Below, piece by piece: positions 15,794 to 25,590 of a stretch of 32,380 nucleotides of DNA. The notes under the pieces are model-generated. The model searched no databases and was not told the origin of the DNA. It saw nothing but the letters and a program-made list of their open reading frames with translations. This DNA comes from Desulfotomaculum sp. (GTDB lineage: Bacteria; Bacillota; Desulfotomaculia; Desulfotomaculales; Ammonificaceae). The position numbers and the translations under genes were made by a program. The stretch is from NCBI GenBank assembly GCA_012961725.1, contig DTYU01000062.1, positions 1 through 32,380 on the forward strand, given 5' to 3'. The stretch's first letter is position 1; every line of letters starts with the position of its first letter.

Positions 15794-17455
15794 TTGCGAA
15801 GCGACACGGTCAAGAAGGGATTGGAGAAGGCGCCTCACCGCTCGCTCTTCAGGGCGTTAGGTTTTACCGATACGGAATTTGACCGCCCGCTTATCGGGGT
15901 GGTGAACTCTTTCAACGAGATCATTCCCGGCCATATCCACCTGCGGGAGATAACCGAGGCCGTCAAGGCCGGTGTCCGTATGGCCGGCGGGGTGCCGGTC
16001 GAGTTCCCGACGATCGGCGTCTGCGACGGGATAGCGATGAACCACGTCGGTATGAAGTACTCCCTGGCCTCCCGGGAGCTCATCGCCGACAGCGTCGAGG
16101 TGATGGTCGAAGCGCATGTCTTTGACGGTCTGGTTTTTGTAACCGCTTGCGACAAGATTGTTCCCGGTATGCTGATGGCTGCGGCGCGGCTTGATCTGCC
16201 CTCAATCGTGGTGAGCGGCGGGCCGATGCTGGCGGGGAGGTTCTGCGGCCGGGACGTTTCATTGAGCAACGTTTTTGAGGGCGTGGGAGCGGTCAAGGCG
16301 GGCAAGATGACCGTGGCGGAGCTGGCCGAGTTGGAAGAGGAGGCCTGCCCCGGCTGCGGTTCCTGCGCCGGGATGTTCACCGCGAATTCAATGAACTGCC
16401 TTACCGAAGCATTAGGGATGGCGCTGCCGGGAAACGGCACCGTCCCGGCGGTCACCGCGGCGCGCCGGCGGCTCGCGAAGCTTTCGGGGATGCGGGTGAT
16501 GGGGCTGATAAAAGAGAAGCTGACGCCTTCCAAGCTTCTTACCCCAGCCGCGTTCATGAACGCCTTAACCGTCGATATGGCCCTCGGCTGTTCCACCAAC
16601 ACGATTCTGCACCTGACGGCCCTTGCACACGAGGCCGGGGTCGCCTTCGACCTCCGGGAGGTTAATGAGATCAGCGGGAGGACGCCGAACCTGTGCCGGT
16701 TGAGTCCCGCGGGGCCGTTTCACCTGCAAGATTTAGATGAAGCGGGAGGGATCCCGGCGGTCATGAACGTGCTGCTCGGCGCGGGATTGATAAACGGTGA
16801 AGCGCTGACGGTGACCGGGCGGAAGGTGAAGGAGAATGTGCGCGAGCGGCCTCTCCGGCGTGCCGAGGTGATACGCCCGGTTACGGAAGCCTACAGCCGT
16901 ACGGGCGGGCTGGCGGTTCTCTTCGGCAACCTTGCGCCGGAGGGCGCGGTGGTGAAACAGGCGGCAGTGGCGCCGGAGATGCTCCGGCACCGGGGGCCGG
17001 CGCGCGTCTTCGACAGCGAGGAGGATGCGGTGCAGGCCATAATGAGCGGTGCGGTGAAACAAGGTGAGGTCATCGTGATACGGTACGAGGGTCCGCGCGG
17101 CGGACCGGGGATGCGTGAGATGCTGACGCCGACGGCGACTTTGGCAGGGCTTGGGCGCGATAAGGATGTTGCGCTGCTGACCGACGGCCGGTTCTCCGGC
17201 GCCACGCGGGGTGCTTCGATCGGGCACGTTTCCCCGGAGGCTGCAGCGGGTGGGCCGATCGCGGCGCTGCGCGACGGTGATGTGATTGAGATAGATATTC
17301 CCGGACGGCGGCTGGAGGCCTTCTTAGAGGAGAGGGAAATCAAGGCGCGGCTGGCGGTAATGGCGCCTTTTAAGCCCAGGATTTCGCACGGTTACCTCGG
17401 CCGTTACGCTAAGATGGTTTCTTCCGCAAGCAAAGGGGCGGTGTTTTACAAGTAA
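15794..17455 (+). CDS. ilvD: Dihydroxy-acid dehydratase
   Basis: TTG start after AAGGAGG. 553 aa. [52 protein letters not shown]. Confidence 0.95.
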   Translation: MRSDTVKKGLEKAPHRSLFRALGFTDTEFDRPLIGVVNSFNEIIPGHIHLREITEAVKAGVRMAGGVPVEFPTIGVCDGIAMNHVGMKYSLASRELIADSVEVMVEAHVFDGLVFVTACDKIVPGMLMAAARLDLPSIVVSGGPMLAGRFCGRDVSLSNVFEGVGAVKAGKMTVAELAELEEEACPGCGSCAGMFTANSMNCLTEALGMALPGNGTVPAVTAARRRLAKLSGMRVMGLIKEKLTPSKLLTPAAFMNALTVDMALGCSTNTILHLTALAHEAGVAFDLREVNEISGRTPNLCRLSPAGPFHLQDLDEAGGIPAVMNVLLGAGLINGEALTVTGRKVKENVRERPLRRAEVIRPVTEAYSRTGGLAVLFGNLAPEGAVVKQAAVAPEMLRHRGPARVFDSEEDAVQAIMSGAVKQGEVIVIRYEGPRGGPGMREMLTPTATLAGLGRDKDVALLTDGRFSGATRGASIGHVSPEAAAGGPIAALRDGDVIEIDIPGRRLEAFLEEREIKARLAVMAPFKPRISHGYLGRYAKMVSSASKGAVFYK

Positions 17456-17480
17456 GAACTAAGAAGGACTCACAGAGAGA

Positions 17481-17636
17481 ACACAAAGGCTTGAGGGCTG
17501 GACCTTTAAGGACGGTTCGAGGTTCAAGGTTCGAGGTTCAACGCATTACGCATCACGCATTACGGATTACGTATTACGTTCGACATTTGGCTTCAACTTA
17601 TGAACTTAGAACTTTATGTCTTTGAGGGCTTTGTGT
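17481..17636 (+). repeat. Complex repeat module: 15 phase-locked heptamers (17514-17618) flanked by an 8-bp inverted repeat and a TTGAGGGCT direct repeat
   Basis: GGTTCGA/GGTTCAA x4 (17514-41), then CGCATTA-type x5 plus CGTTCGA (17542-83), then CATTTGG CTTCAAC TTATGAA CTTAGAA CTTTATG (17584-618). ACACAAAG (17481-88) pairs with CTTTGTGT (17629-36). TTGAGGGCT occurs at 17491-99 and 17622-30. Arm 17515-35 pairs with 17591-612, with 3 GU pairs that all have G in the 5' arm. Confidence 0.85.
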
Positions 17637-17697
17637 GGGGAAATTTAAAATTAGTGCGGAAACAGCAAGCCGTTAGCGGTTAGACGGGGGTGTTTTT

Positions 17698-19356
17698 TTG
17701 AAAAAAATCTCTGGCGGGGAGATCCTGGTTCGAAGCCTGAAGAAGGAAGGTGTCGAGGTCATTTTCGGGTATCCCGGGGGGGCGGTGCTGCCGATTTACG
17801 ATGCGCTTCATGATGCGGAGATCCGGCATATCCTGATGCGCCACGAACAGGCGGCGGCCCATGCGGCGGACGGTTACGCCCGCGCTACCGGCCGTCCTGG
17901 GGTTTGCATGGCCACTTCCGGTCCCGGGGCAACGAACTTAGTTACGGGAATTGCTACGGCCTTCATGGACTCGAGTCCTGTAGTGGCGATTACCGGGCAG
18001 GTGCCGACCGCCATGATCGGCCGGGATTCCTTCCAGGAGGCGGACATAACCGGGATTACCCTGCCGATAACCAAGCATAACTATTTGGTGAAGGATGTGC
18101 GGGAGCTTGCCCGGACGGTGCGGGAGGCTTTCTACATTGCTACGACAGGGCGCCCCGGTCCGGTCCTGATCGATATACCGAGAGACGTTTCCGGGGGGAA
18201 GGCGGCTTACACCGACCCAGGTCCGGTAGACCTGCCCGGTTATAAGCCGGTGCTCGACCCGGATGATGCTGCGGTGCTGGCGGCGGCGCAACTGATCGCC
18301 GGCGCCCGGCGTCCGGTGATCTACGCCGGGGGCGGGGTGGTTATTTCCGGTGCCCACGAGGAGCTGCGCCAGCTCGCCGAGTTGATCATGTCACCGGTAA
18401 CAACTACGCTTATGGGCATCGGCGGTTTTCCCGGGAACCACCCCCTTTCGCTCGGGATGTTAGGAATGCACGGTACGCGCTACGCAAACTATGCCGTTTG
18501 TGAATGCGATGTTTTGATCGCGATAGGGGCACGTTTTGATGACCGGGTGACAGGCAAGGTGGAAAGCTTTGCGCCCGAGGCGAAGATAGTTCACATCGAT
18601 ATCGATAAAGCGGAGTTTGCCAAGAACGTCCGCGTGGACGTTGCCGTCAGAGGGGACGTCCGGCGGGTTTTGAAGAGGCTGCTCGCGGTGCTTAAAGGTG
18701 CTGCGCACCCAGCGTGGCTCGAAAAGGTCGACACCTGGAAGAAGGAATACCCGCTCGAGTTCGGGGAAAACGGTTTGAAGCCGCAGTTTATCATAAGGGA
18801 GTTGGACCGGGTAACGCAGGGCAAGGCCCGGATTACCACCGAGGTGGGACAAAACCAGATGTGGGCGGCCCAGTTCTTCACTTTTACGCGGCCCCGTTCC
18901 TTCATCTCCTCCGGGGGGTTAGGGACGATGGGCTTTGGGTTTCCCGCCGCATTAGGGGTGCAGGTTGCCTGTCCAGATGAAACCGTCTTCGACATTGCCG
19001 GCGACGGTTCCATCCAGATGAATATCCAGGAATTGGCCACGGCGGTGAGCAACGACCTGCCGGTGAACGTCGCCATTATGGACAACGGGTTTTTGGGGAT
19101 GGTTCGCCAATGGCAGGAACTGTTTTATAAGCGCCGGTATTCGCATACGGAGCTTTACGGTCCCGACTTTGTCAAGGTTGCCGAGGCTTATGGCGCTGAG
19201 GGCATCCGGGTGACCGAACCGGTCGGCGTCAGCGCGGCGCTTGAGCAGGCGATTGCTTCGCCCAAGCCGGTCTTTATCGACTTCATAATAGAGCGCGAGG
19301 AGAATGTCATGCCGATGGTTCCGCCCGGCGAATCCATAGACAAAATGCTGGGATAA
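17698..19356 (+). CDS. ilvB: Acetolactate synthase (acetohydroxyacid synthase) large catalytic subunit
   Basis: TTG start. 552 aa. GYPGGAVLPIYDAL, TSGPGATNLVTGIA, GDGSIQMNIQELAT ThDP motif. Followed by the small subunit. Confidence 0.9.
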   Translation: MKKISGGEILVRSLKKEGVEVIFGYPGGAVLPIYDALHDAEIRHILMRHEQAAAHAADGYARATGRPGVCMATSGPGATNLVTGIATAFMDSSPVVAITGQVPTAMIGRDSFQEADITGITLPITKHNYLVKDVRELARTVREAFYIATTGRPGPVLIDIPRDVSGGKAAYTDPGPVDLPGYKPVLDPDDAAVLAAAQLIAGARRPVIYAGGGVVISGAHEELRQLAELIMSPVTTTLMGIGGFPGNHPLSLGMLGMHGTRYANYAVCECDVLIAIGARFDDRVTGKVESFAPEAKIVHIDIDKAEFAKNVRVDVAVRGDVRRVLKRLLAVLKGAAHPAWLEKVDTWKKEYPLEFGENGLKPQFIIRELDRVTQGKARITTEVGQNQMWAAQFFTFTRPRSFISSGGLGTMGFGFPAALGVQVACPDETVFDIAGDGSIQMNIQELATAVSNDLPVNVAIMDNGFLGMVRQWQELFYKRRYSHTELYGPDFVKVAEAYGAEGIRVTEPVGVSAALEQAIASPKPVFIDFIIEREENVMPMVPPGESIDKMLG

Positions 19357-19400
19357 AGCCCGGTGCCCGACTGCCGAATGTCGTATCGAAGGGGGGTATT

Positions 19401-19940
19401 TTGGTGCGCCACACCTTAGCCGTCCTCGTGGAGAACAATCCCGGGGTGCTGGCCCGGGTCGCCGGGCTTTTCGGCCGCCGCGGGTTCAACATCGAGAGCC
19501 TGGCGGTCGGACAGACCGAGAATCCGGCGGTCTCGCGGATGACCATCGTCGTTGAAGGGGATCAGCGGGTGCTTGAGCAGGTCGTCAAACAGCTCCGGAA
19601 GCTGGTCGAGGTGCTGAAGGTTCAGGATGTCACCAAGGAGGAACACGTCGACCGGGAACTGGTACTGATCAAGGTTAACGCGGAGCCCGCCAAAAGGGCC
19701 GAGATCATCCAGATCGTGGAGATTTTCCGCGCGCATATCGTGGATATCGGCCGGAAGAATCTGATCGTGGAGGTTACGGGTGACGAGGGCAAGGTAAACG
19801 CGCTTGAGAACGCCCTTAAGCCTTTTGGAATAAGGGAATTGGTGCGAACCGGAAAGGTAGCAATGCTCCGGGGGGCCAAGGAGATCACGGCAAGTGAAGG
19901 AAATTCTCAAGAGGAACGTTCCTTCCCCTTTGAGAGGTAA
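19401..19940 (+). CDS. ilvN: Acetolactate synthase small regulatory subunit (ACT domain)
   Basis: TTG 19401 or GTG 19404, after AAGGGGGG. HTLAVLVENNPGVLARVAGLFGRRGFNIESLAVG is the canonical IlvN/IlvH N-terminus. Confidence 0.9.
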   Translation: MVRHTLAVLVENNPGVLARVAGLFGRRGFNIESLAVGQTENPAVSRMTIVVEGDQRVLEQVVKQLRKLVEVLKVQDVTKEEHVDRELVLIKVNAEPAKRAEIIQIVEIFRAHIVDIGRKNLIVEVTGDEGKVNALENALKPFGIRELVRTGKVAMLRGAKEITASEGNSQEERSFPFER

Positions 19941-19970
19941 GAGGCGGACTCCCAAATGTCATTTCGGAAT

Positions 19971-20002
19971 AATAATTTAGTATGGTGTCCCCTTAATTTT
20001 TT
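19971..20002 (+). repeat. Conserved intergenic box copy 4 (AATAATTTAGTATGGTGTCCCCTTAATTTTTT)
   Basis: One substitution and two extra T relative to copies 1 and 3. Followed by GGAGGAGG and the ilvC ATG at 20018. Confidence 0.85.
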
Positions 20003-20017
20003 GGAGGAGGCGGCGAA

Positions 20018-21010
20018 ATGATCCGGGTTTACTACGATGCTGACGCCGATCTCGGTTTTCTTAAAGGGAAGACCGTGGCGGTTATCGGTTACGGCAGTCA
20101 GGGGCAGGCGCAGGCCCAAAACCTGAAGGACAGCGGTATTGATGTTGTAGTCGGCCTGAGAGCGTCGAGCTCTTCAGTGGAAAGGGCGCAGGCGGACGGC
20201 CTGGCGACCGCGCCGGTAGCCGACGCTGCCCGCCTGGCGGAGATTATTCAGATACTGATACCGGATGAGCAGCAGGGCAGGGTTTACCGTGGAGAAATAG
20301 AGCCTTATCTGACAGACGGAAAGGCGCTCGGGTTCTCCCACGGCTTCAATATCCACTTCGGGCAGATTGTCCCGCCGCAAAACGTGGATGTCTTCATGGT
20401 TGCGCCGAAAAGCCCGGGCCCGATGCTGCGCCGGCTGTATCTGGAAGGGGCGGGCGTACCGGGCCTGGTCGCGGTGCACCAGGATCATACCGGCCGGGCG
20501 CGTGATCTTGCCCTTGCGTACGCCAAGGCGGTGGGGTTGACGCGGGCGGGCGTTTTCGAGACCACCTTCCAGGAGGAAACGGAGACAGACCTCTTTGGGG
20601 AGCAGTGCGTGCTTTGCGGCGGGGTCTCGGAACTGATTAAGGCGGGTTTCGAGACCCTGGTTGACGCCGGTTATGCACCGGAGATCGCCTACTTTGAGTG
20701 CCTTCACGAGTTGAAGCTTATTGTGGACCTGATTTATGAAGGCGGCCTTTCGGAGATGCGCCGCCGGGTCAGCAATACAGCGGAGTACGGTGACTACAGA
20801 ACCGGACGCAGGATAATCAACGAAACGGTCCGGAAAGAGATGAAGCGGGTGCTTGCCGAGATCAAAAGCGGTGAGTTTGCGCGGGAGTGGGTCTTGGAGA
20901 ACCAGGCCAACCAGCCGGTGCTCCGGGCGATGCGGCGGCGGGAGCGGGGACACCGGATAGAGGAGATCGGCAAGGAGCTCCGCCAGATGATGTCCTGGCT
21001 CCGGAGATAG
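20018..21010 (+). CDS. ilvC: Ketol-acid reductoisomerase (class I)
   Basis: 330 aa. [25 protein letters not shown]-binding motif and FSHGFNIHF. Confidence 0.95.
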   Translation: MIRVYYDADADLGFLKGKTVAVIGYGSQGQAQAQNLKDSGIDVVVGLRASSSSVERAQADGLATAPVADAARLAEIIQILIPDEQQGRVYRGEIEPYLTDGKALGFSHGFNIHFGQIVPPQNVDVFMVAPKSPGPMLRRLYLEGAGVPGLVAVHQDHTGRARDLALAYAKAVGLTRAGVFETTFQEETETDLFGEQCVLCGGVSELIKAGFETLVDAGYAPEIAYFECLHELKLIVDLIYEGGLSEMRRRVSNTAEYGDYRTGRRIINETVRKEMKRVLAEIKSGEFAREWVLENQANQPVLRAMRRRERGHRIEEIGKELRQMMSWLRR

Positions 21011-21038
21011 CTGTTTGTTATACGGGGGTGAGACCGTG

Positions 21039-22694
21039 ATGACGGTCGGCGAGGCGGTTGTGCGGTGTCTTGAAGCGGAAGGGGTGGAGCTGATTTTCGG
21101 CTACCCCGGCGGGGCGATTCTGCCTGTTTATGATGCTCTCTACCGGGCGGAGATCAAACACGTACTTGTCCGCCACGAACAGGGCGCGGTGCATGCCGCC
21201 AATGGCTATGCCCGTGCGACAGGGAAGGTGGGGGTTTGCGTTGCAACCTCCGGTCCCGGGGCGACCAACTTAGTCACGGGCATCGCTACCGCTTACATGG
21301 ATTCGGTCCCGGTGGTTCTTTTCACCGGGCAGGTGCCGACCGGCCAGGTGGGGACCGATGCCTTCCAGGAAGTCGATATTACAGGGGTAACACTTCCCAT
21401 AACCAAGCATAACTTCTTGGTAAAGGATCCGGCCGCGGTTCCCTCGGTCATTAAGAAGGCCTTTCACCTTGCCCGTACCGGGCGGCCGGGGCCGGTGCTG
21501 GTTGACCTCCCCAGGGACGTGACCGGTGCAAAGATAAGTTTTCAATACCCGGAAAAGGTCGAGCTGAAGGGTTACAAGCCTACGTACCGCGGGCACCCTA
21601 CACAGGTTGCCCAGGCGGCACGGATGATTTCTGAATCCACCCGCCCGGTGATCCTGAGCGGCGGCGGAGTGATAAGTTCAGGCGCCGCGCCGGAGGTGGT
21701 AAGGCTCGCCGAGACGGTTTCTGCACCGGTGGCTTCAACGCTGATGGGACTCGGCGGGATTCCGGGCGACCACCCGCTGTCTTTGGGGATGGCAGGCCTG
21801 CACGGCACACGCTACGCGAACCTGGCGATTACCAACGCAGACCTCCTTATCGCGCTGGGGGTGAGGTTTGCTGACCGGGTGACCGGTGCCGTAGAAAAGT
21901 TTGCTCCGAACGCCAGGGTCATCCATGTGGATATTGATCCGGCGGAGATAGGCAAAAACGTCCGGCCGCACCTGCCGATAGTGGGTGATGTGAGACGGGT
22001 ATTGGAGGCGCTGCTTCCGCTGCTGCCGCCGCGCAAAAACGAAGAGTGGCTGGCGGCTGTTGAAGGATATAAGCGCGAATACCCCCTCAAATACGGCCGG
22101 GAAAACGGCTTGAAGCCGCAGTACGTGGTCGAGCGGCTGAGCGCCGCCACAAAGGGCGAGAGTATAATAGTCACCGATGTCGGGCAGCACCAGATGTGGG
22201 TGGCGCAATACTATTGCTTCAAGCACCCGCGTATGCTCATCACCTCGGGCGGCCTGGGCTGTATGGGATACGGCCTGCCGGCGGCCATCGGCGCGAAGTC
22301 CGGCCGGCCGGATAGACAGGTGATCCTGGTCTGCGGCGACGGCGGTTTTCAGATGACGATGACCGAACTGGGCACCCTGGTGGAGCAGCGGCTAAGCATT
22401 AAGATCTTTATCGTCAACAACAAGCGGCTCGGGATGGTCCGGCAGCTCCAGGAGTTTTACTGCGATAAGCGGTACTCGGCGGTGGACTTTGAGTTCTGCC
22501 CTGACTTTGCGGCACTTGCCGGGGTCTACGGCATCTCCGGCTATACCGTCGATACCGCGGCGGCTTTCGATACGGTTTTAGACGAACTGCTCGCGAAGGA
22601 AGGGCCGGCGCTGGTCAACTGCCTGGTAGAGCCGGAGGAAAACGTTCTGCCGATGGTCCTGGCCGGGCGCGGTCTCGAGGAAGCGATCTCCTGA
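21039..22694 (+). CDS. Second acetolactate synthase large-subunit paralog
   Basis: ORF 21015..22694 trimmed to ATG 21039 (GTG 21036 is also possible; GGGGGTGAG RBS). Colinear with the ilvB product across the FGYPGG, TSGPGATNLVTGIATA, ITKHN and GDGGFQMTMTELGT motifs. No second small subunit follows. Confidence 0.85.
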   Translation: MTVGEAVVRCLEAEGVELIFGYPGGAILPVYDALYRAEIKHVLVRHEQGAVHAANGYARATGKVGVCVATSGPGATNLVTGIATAYMDSVPVVLFTGQVPTGQVGTDAFQEVDITGVTLPITKHNFLVKDPAAVPSVIKKAFHLARTGRPGPVLVDLPRDVTGAKISFQYPEKVELKGYKPTYRGHPTQVAQAARMISESTRPVILSGGGVISSGAAPEVVRLAETVSAPVASTLMGLGGIPGDHPLSLGMAGLHGTRYANLAITNADLLIALGVRFADRVTGAVEKFAPNARVIHVDIDPAEIGKNVRPHLPIVGDVRRVLEALLPLLPPRKNEEWLAAVEGYKREYPLKYGRENGLKPQYVVERLSAATKGESIIVTDVGQHQMWVAQYYCFKHPRMLITSGGLGCMGYGLPAAIGAKSGRPDRQVILVCGDGGFQMTMTELGTLVEQRLSIKIFIVNNKRLGMVRQLQEFYCDKRYSAVDFEFCPDFAALAGVYGISGYTVDTAAAFDTVLDELLAKEGPALVNCLVEPEENVLPMVLAGRGLEEAIS

Positions 22695-22715
22695 GGGAGC
22701 CTTTGGAGGAAAGAG

Positions 22716-24230
22716 ATGGAACGGATTTACATATTTGATACCACACTCCGGGACGGGGAGCAGTCGCCCGGGGTCAGCCTCAACGTCAAAGAAAAGGTGC
22801 AGATAGCCAAGCAGCTTGTACGTCTCGGCGTGGATGTGATCGAGGCCGGGTTTCCCGTCGCTTCGCCCGGAGATTTCGCCGCGGTGGCGGAGATAGCAAA
22901 AGTCGTTAAAGGCGTCCGGGTTTGTGCCCTTGCGCGCGCCAACTTCAACGACATCGACCGGGCGTGGGAGGCCCTGCAAGGGGCGGAACAGCCCCGGATC
23001 CATACCTTCATTTCGACCTCGGACATCCACCTGAAATACCAGTTGAGGATGAGCCGCGAGCAGGTGCTCCAAGCCGCACGGGAAGCGGTCAAGCGTGCGA
23101 AGGGGTACACGGCGGACGTCGAGTTTTCCGCGATGGACGCCGTACGCTCCGACATCGACTACCTGTGCCGCGTCCTCGCGGCGGCGATTGAAGCGGGGGC
23201 CACCGTCGTTAACATCCCCGATACCGTGGGCTACGCCGTACCGGAGGAGTTCGGGGAGTTCATCAGGGCGGTACAGGAGATGACGCCGGGGATCGAAAAA
23301 GTGACCGTAAGCGTTCACTGCCATAACGACCTGGGGCTCGCCGTGGCCAATACGCTCGCTGCCGTCAAGAGCGGTGCAAGGCAGGCGGAGGTTACAATAA
23401 ACGGTATCGGAGAGCGGGCGGGGAACGCGGCGCTCGAGGAACTGGTGATGGCGCTTTACGCCCGCCGTCCGCTATACGGCATGGTTACCGGCATCAAAAC
23501 AGAAGAGATTTTCCGCACCTCCAAGCTTGTGGCTACGCTCACAGGGATGGCTGTGCAGCCGAACAAAGCGATTGTCGGGAAGAACGCCTTCGCCCATGAG
23601 TCCGGTATCCATCAGGACGGGGTGCTAAAGGAGCGTACCACCTACGAGATCATTGACCCGGCGGTTATCGGCATCCCGAAGTCCAGCCTGGTTCTTGGAA
23701 AGCATTCGGGGAGGCACGCCTTCAAACAGCGGCTGCAGGAGTTGGGGTACGTTCTGTCGGAGGAGGAACTTAAGACGGCCTTTGAAAGGTTCAAGGAGCT
23801 TTGCGACCGAAAAAAGGCGGTTACCGACGACGATCTCCTCGCGCTGGTTGAAGAAGAGATCGGGCGGGTGCCGCCGGTGTACGAGCTCAAGTACCTGCAC
23901 GTCTCAAGCGGTACAACGATAACGCCCACGGCGACCGTAGGGCTGCAGGTGGGTGACGGCGTGGCCGAAGAGGCGGCCTGCGGGAACGGCCCCGTAGACG
24001 CGATCTATAAGGCGATCGATAAGATTACCGGGATCAAGTGCACCCTTGAGTCGTACGGGATTGATGCGGTCACGGGCGGAAAGGACGCCGTAGGCAGCGT
24101 GATGGTGCGGGTATCCAGCGAAAAGGGCAAGACCTACCTCGGGCGCGGGCTCAGTACCGACGTCTTGGAGGCCAGCGCGCGGGCTTACATTGACGTGCTG
24201 AACAAAATGGCGGCAGACAGTAGTCAGTAG
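22716..24230 (+). CDS. leuA: 2-isopropylmalate synthase
   Basis: 504 aa. [31 protein letters not shown], and a C-terminal LeuA regulatory domain. Confidence 0.9.
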   Translation: MERIYIFDTTLRDGEQSPGVSLNVKEKVQIAKQLVRLGVDVIEAGFPVASPGDFAAVAEIAKVVKGVRVCALARANFNDIDRAWEALQGAEQPRIHTFISTSDIHLKYQLRMSREQVLQAAREAVKRAKGYTADVEFSAMDAVRSDIDYLCRVLAAAIEAGATVVNIPDTVGYAVPEEFGEFIRAVQEMTPGIEKVTVSVHCHNDLGLAVANTLAAVKSGARQAEVTINGIGERAGNAALEELVMALYARRPLYGMVTGIKTEEIFRTSKLVATLTGMAVQPNKAIVGKNAFAHESGIHQDGVLKERTTYEIIDPAVIGIPKSSLVLGKHSGRHAFKQRLQELGYVLSEEELKTAFERFKELCDRKKAVTDDDLLALVEEEIGRVPPVYELKYLHVSSGTTITPTATVGLQVGDGVAEEAACGNGPVDAIYKAIDKITGIKCTLESYGIDAVTGGKDAVGSVMVRVSSEKGKTYLGRGLSTDVLEASARAYIDVLNKMAADSSQ

Positions 24231-24242
24231 ACGCCCTTCTTT

Positions 24243-24270
24243 ATTCTGAATACTGACTTCTGACTTTTTG
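24243..24270 (+). repeat. Heptamer array ATTCTGA-ATACTGA-CTTCTGA-CTTTTTG (pyrimidine arm only)
   Basis: In-phase 7-mers in the leuA-leuC gap. They begin with TTATTCTGA, as do the arms at 10121 and 29348. Confidence 0.75.
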
Positions 24271-24318
24271 ACTGGGAAGAAATCTCAGTGTGAGCACAAA
24301 AGAAAGGTGGACGAGGAC

Positions 24319-25590
24319 GTGGGGCGGGTTCCGCCACAGACGGTCACGCAAAAGATATTGGCGGCGCATGCGGGTAAGGAGTTCGTTGAACCGGGGGAAC
24401 TTGTCAGCGCCAAGGTTGACGTGCTCCTTGCGAACGATATCACAGCCCCACTGGCGATCAGGGAGTTCGAGCGCATAGGGGTGCAGGTTTTCGACCCGGC
24501 GGCGGTGGTAATGGTTCCGGATCACTTTACGCCCAACAAGGACATCAAGTCGGCGGAGCAGGCGAAGGTCGTCCGGGATTTTGCCAGGCGGCACGGCCTG
24601 CCCAACTATTACGAGGTCGGGCGGATGGGCATCGAACACTGCCTCCTGCCGGAACAGGGTTTGGTAGTGCCGGGCGACGTTATCATCGGCGCTGATTCCC
24701 ACACCTGTACGTACGGGGCGCTCGGGGCCTTTGCGACCGGTGTCGGCTCGACCGACTTAGCGGCCGCAATGGCCCTCGGCGAGACCTGGTTCAAGGTCCC
24801 GGAGTCCTTGAAGTTCGTCTTCGCTGGCAGGCCAGGGCCGTGGGTCGGGGGCAAGGATCTGATCCTTTACGCAATCGGGCAGATCGGCGTGGAGGGCGCG
24901 CTTTACTGTGCAATGGAGTTCACCGGGCCGGTGATCGATGGCCTATCGATGGACGGCCGCTTCACGATCTGCAACATGGCGGTGGAGGCCGGCGCCAAAA
25001 ACGGGATCATCCCTCCCGACGAAAAGACCGAGGCTTACGTGCAAGGTCGTGGGCAGCGCCCGTATAAGTTATTTAAGAGCGATCCGGACGCGGCATACAA
25101 AAAGGTTTACAAATATGACGTCACTGACCTTGAGCCTTGCGTGGCCTTCCCGCATTCACCGGATAACGTGCGGCCTGTAAGCGAGGCCGGGGACGTTAAG
25201 ATCGACCAGGTGGTGATAGGCTCCTGTACCAACGGCCGGCTTGAAGACCTGCGCGTTGCGGCAAAGGTGCTCGGCGGGAGACAAGTGCACAAGGATGTCC
25301 GGCTGATTATCATCCCTTGTACTCAGGAGATATACCGTCAGGCGCTCAAAGAGGGCCTTATCGAGACCTTTATAGCCGCTGGGGCTGCGGTCTCCACACC
25401 CACGTGCGGGCCCTGCCTGGGCGGGCATATGGGTGTTCTGGCGAAAGGCGAGCGTGCCGTGGCAACCACCAACCGGAACTTCATCGGCCGGATGGGTCAC
25501 CCGGAGAGCGAGGTATACCTGGCCAATCCGGCGGTGGCCGCGGCGAGCGCTATTGCGGGTTGGATTGTGAGCCCGGAAGGGGTGAGGTAG
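24319..25590 (+). CDS. leuC: 3-isopropylmalate dehydratase large subunit (short/archaeal-type aconitase-family)
   Basis: ORF 24268..25590; GTG 24319 is preferred (AAGGTGG 8 nt upstream), giving about 423 aa. [28 protein letters not shown] and CGPCLG Fe-S ligand motifs. Confidence 0.88.
   Translation: MGRVPPQTVTQKILAAHAGKEFVEPGELVSAKVDVLLANDITAPLAIREFERIGVQVFDPAAVVMVPDHFTPNKDIKSAEQAKVVRDFARRHGLPNYYEVGRMGIEHCLLPEQGLVVPGDVIIGADSHTCTYGALGAFATGVGSTDLAAAMALGETWFKVPESLKFVFAGRPGPWVGGKDLILYAIGQIGVEGALYCAMEFTGPVIDGLSMDGRFTICNMAVEAGAKNGIIPPDEKTEAYVQGRGQRPYKLFKSDPDAAYKKVYKYDVTDLEPCVAFPHSPDNVRPVSEAGDVKIDQVVIGSCTNGRLEDLRVAAKVLGGRQVHKDVRLIIIPCTQEIYRQALKEGLIETFIAAGAAVSTPTCGPCLGGHMGVLAKGERAVATTNRNFIGRMGHPESEVYLANPAVAAASAIAGWIVSPEGVR

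Noticed and set aside
15835-16602. 255-aa antisense ORF inside ilvD
   Set aside because: Same reasoning: it lies opposite an unambiguous dihydroxy-acid dehydratase and has no motifs or RBS.
17514-17618. Heptamer arrays as a CRISPR array or minisatellite within a gene
   Set aside because: The units are 7 nt with no spacers, far below CRISPR repeat size. No cas genes are present, and all arrays lie in intercistronic gaps.
17683-17715. T7-G-A7 palindrome (TTTTTTTGAAAAAAA) at the ilvB start
   Set aside because: It cannot form a stable hairpin because it has no loop and only AU pairs. It is most simply a U-rich spacer followed by Lys codons.
20174-23324. Antisense ORFs 20174..20953(-), 21735..22226(-), 22578..23324(-)
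   Set aside because: They lie opposite ilvC, the ilvB paralog and leuA. The translations are Arg/Pro/His-rich with no start-site signals.
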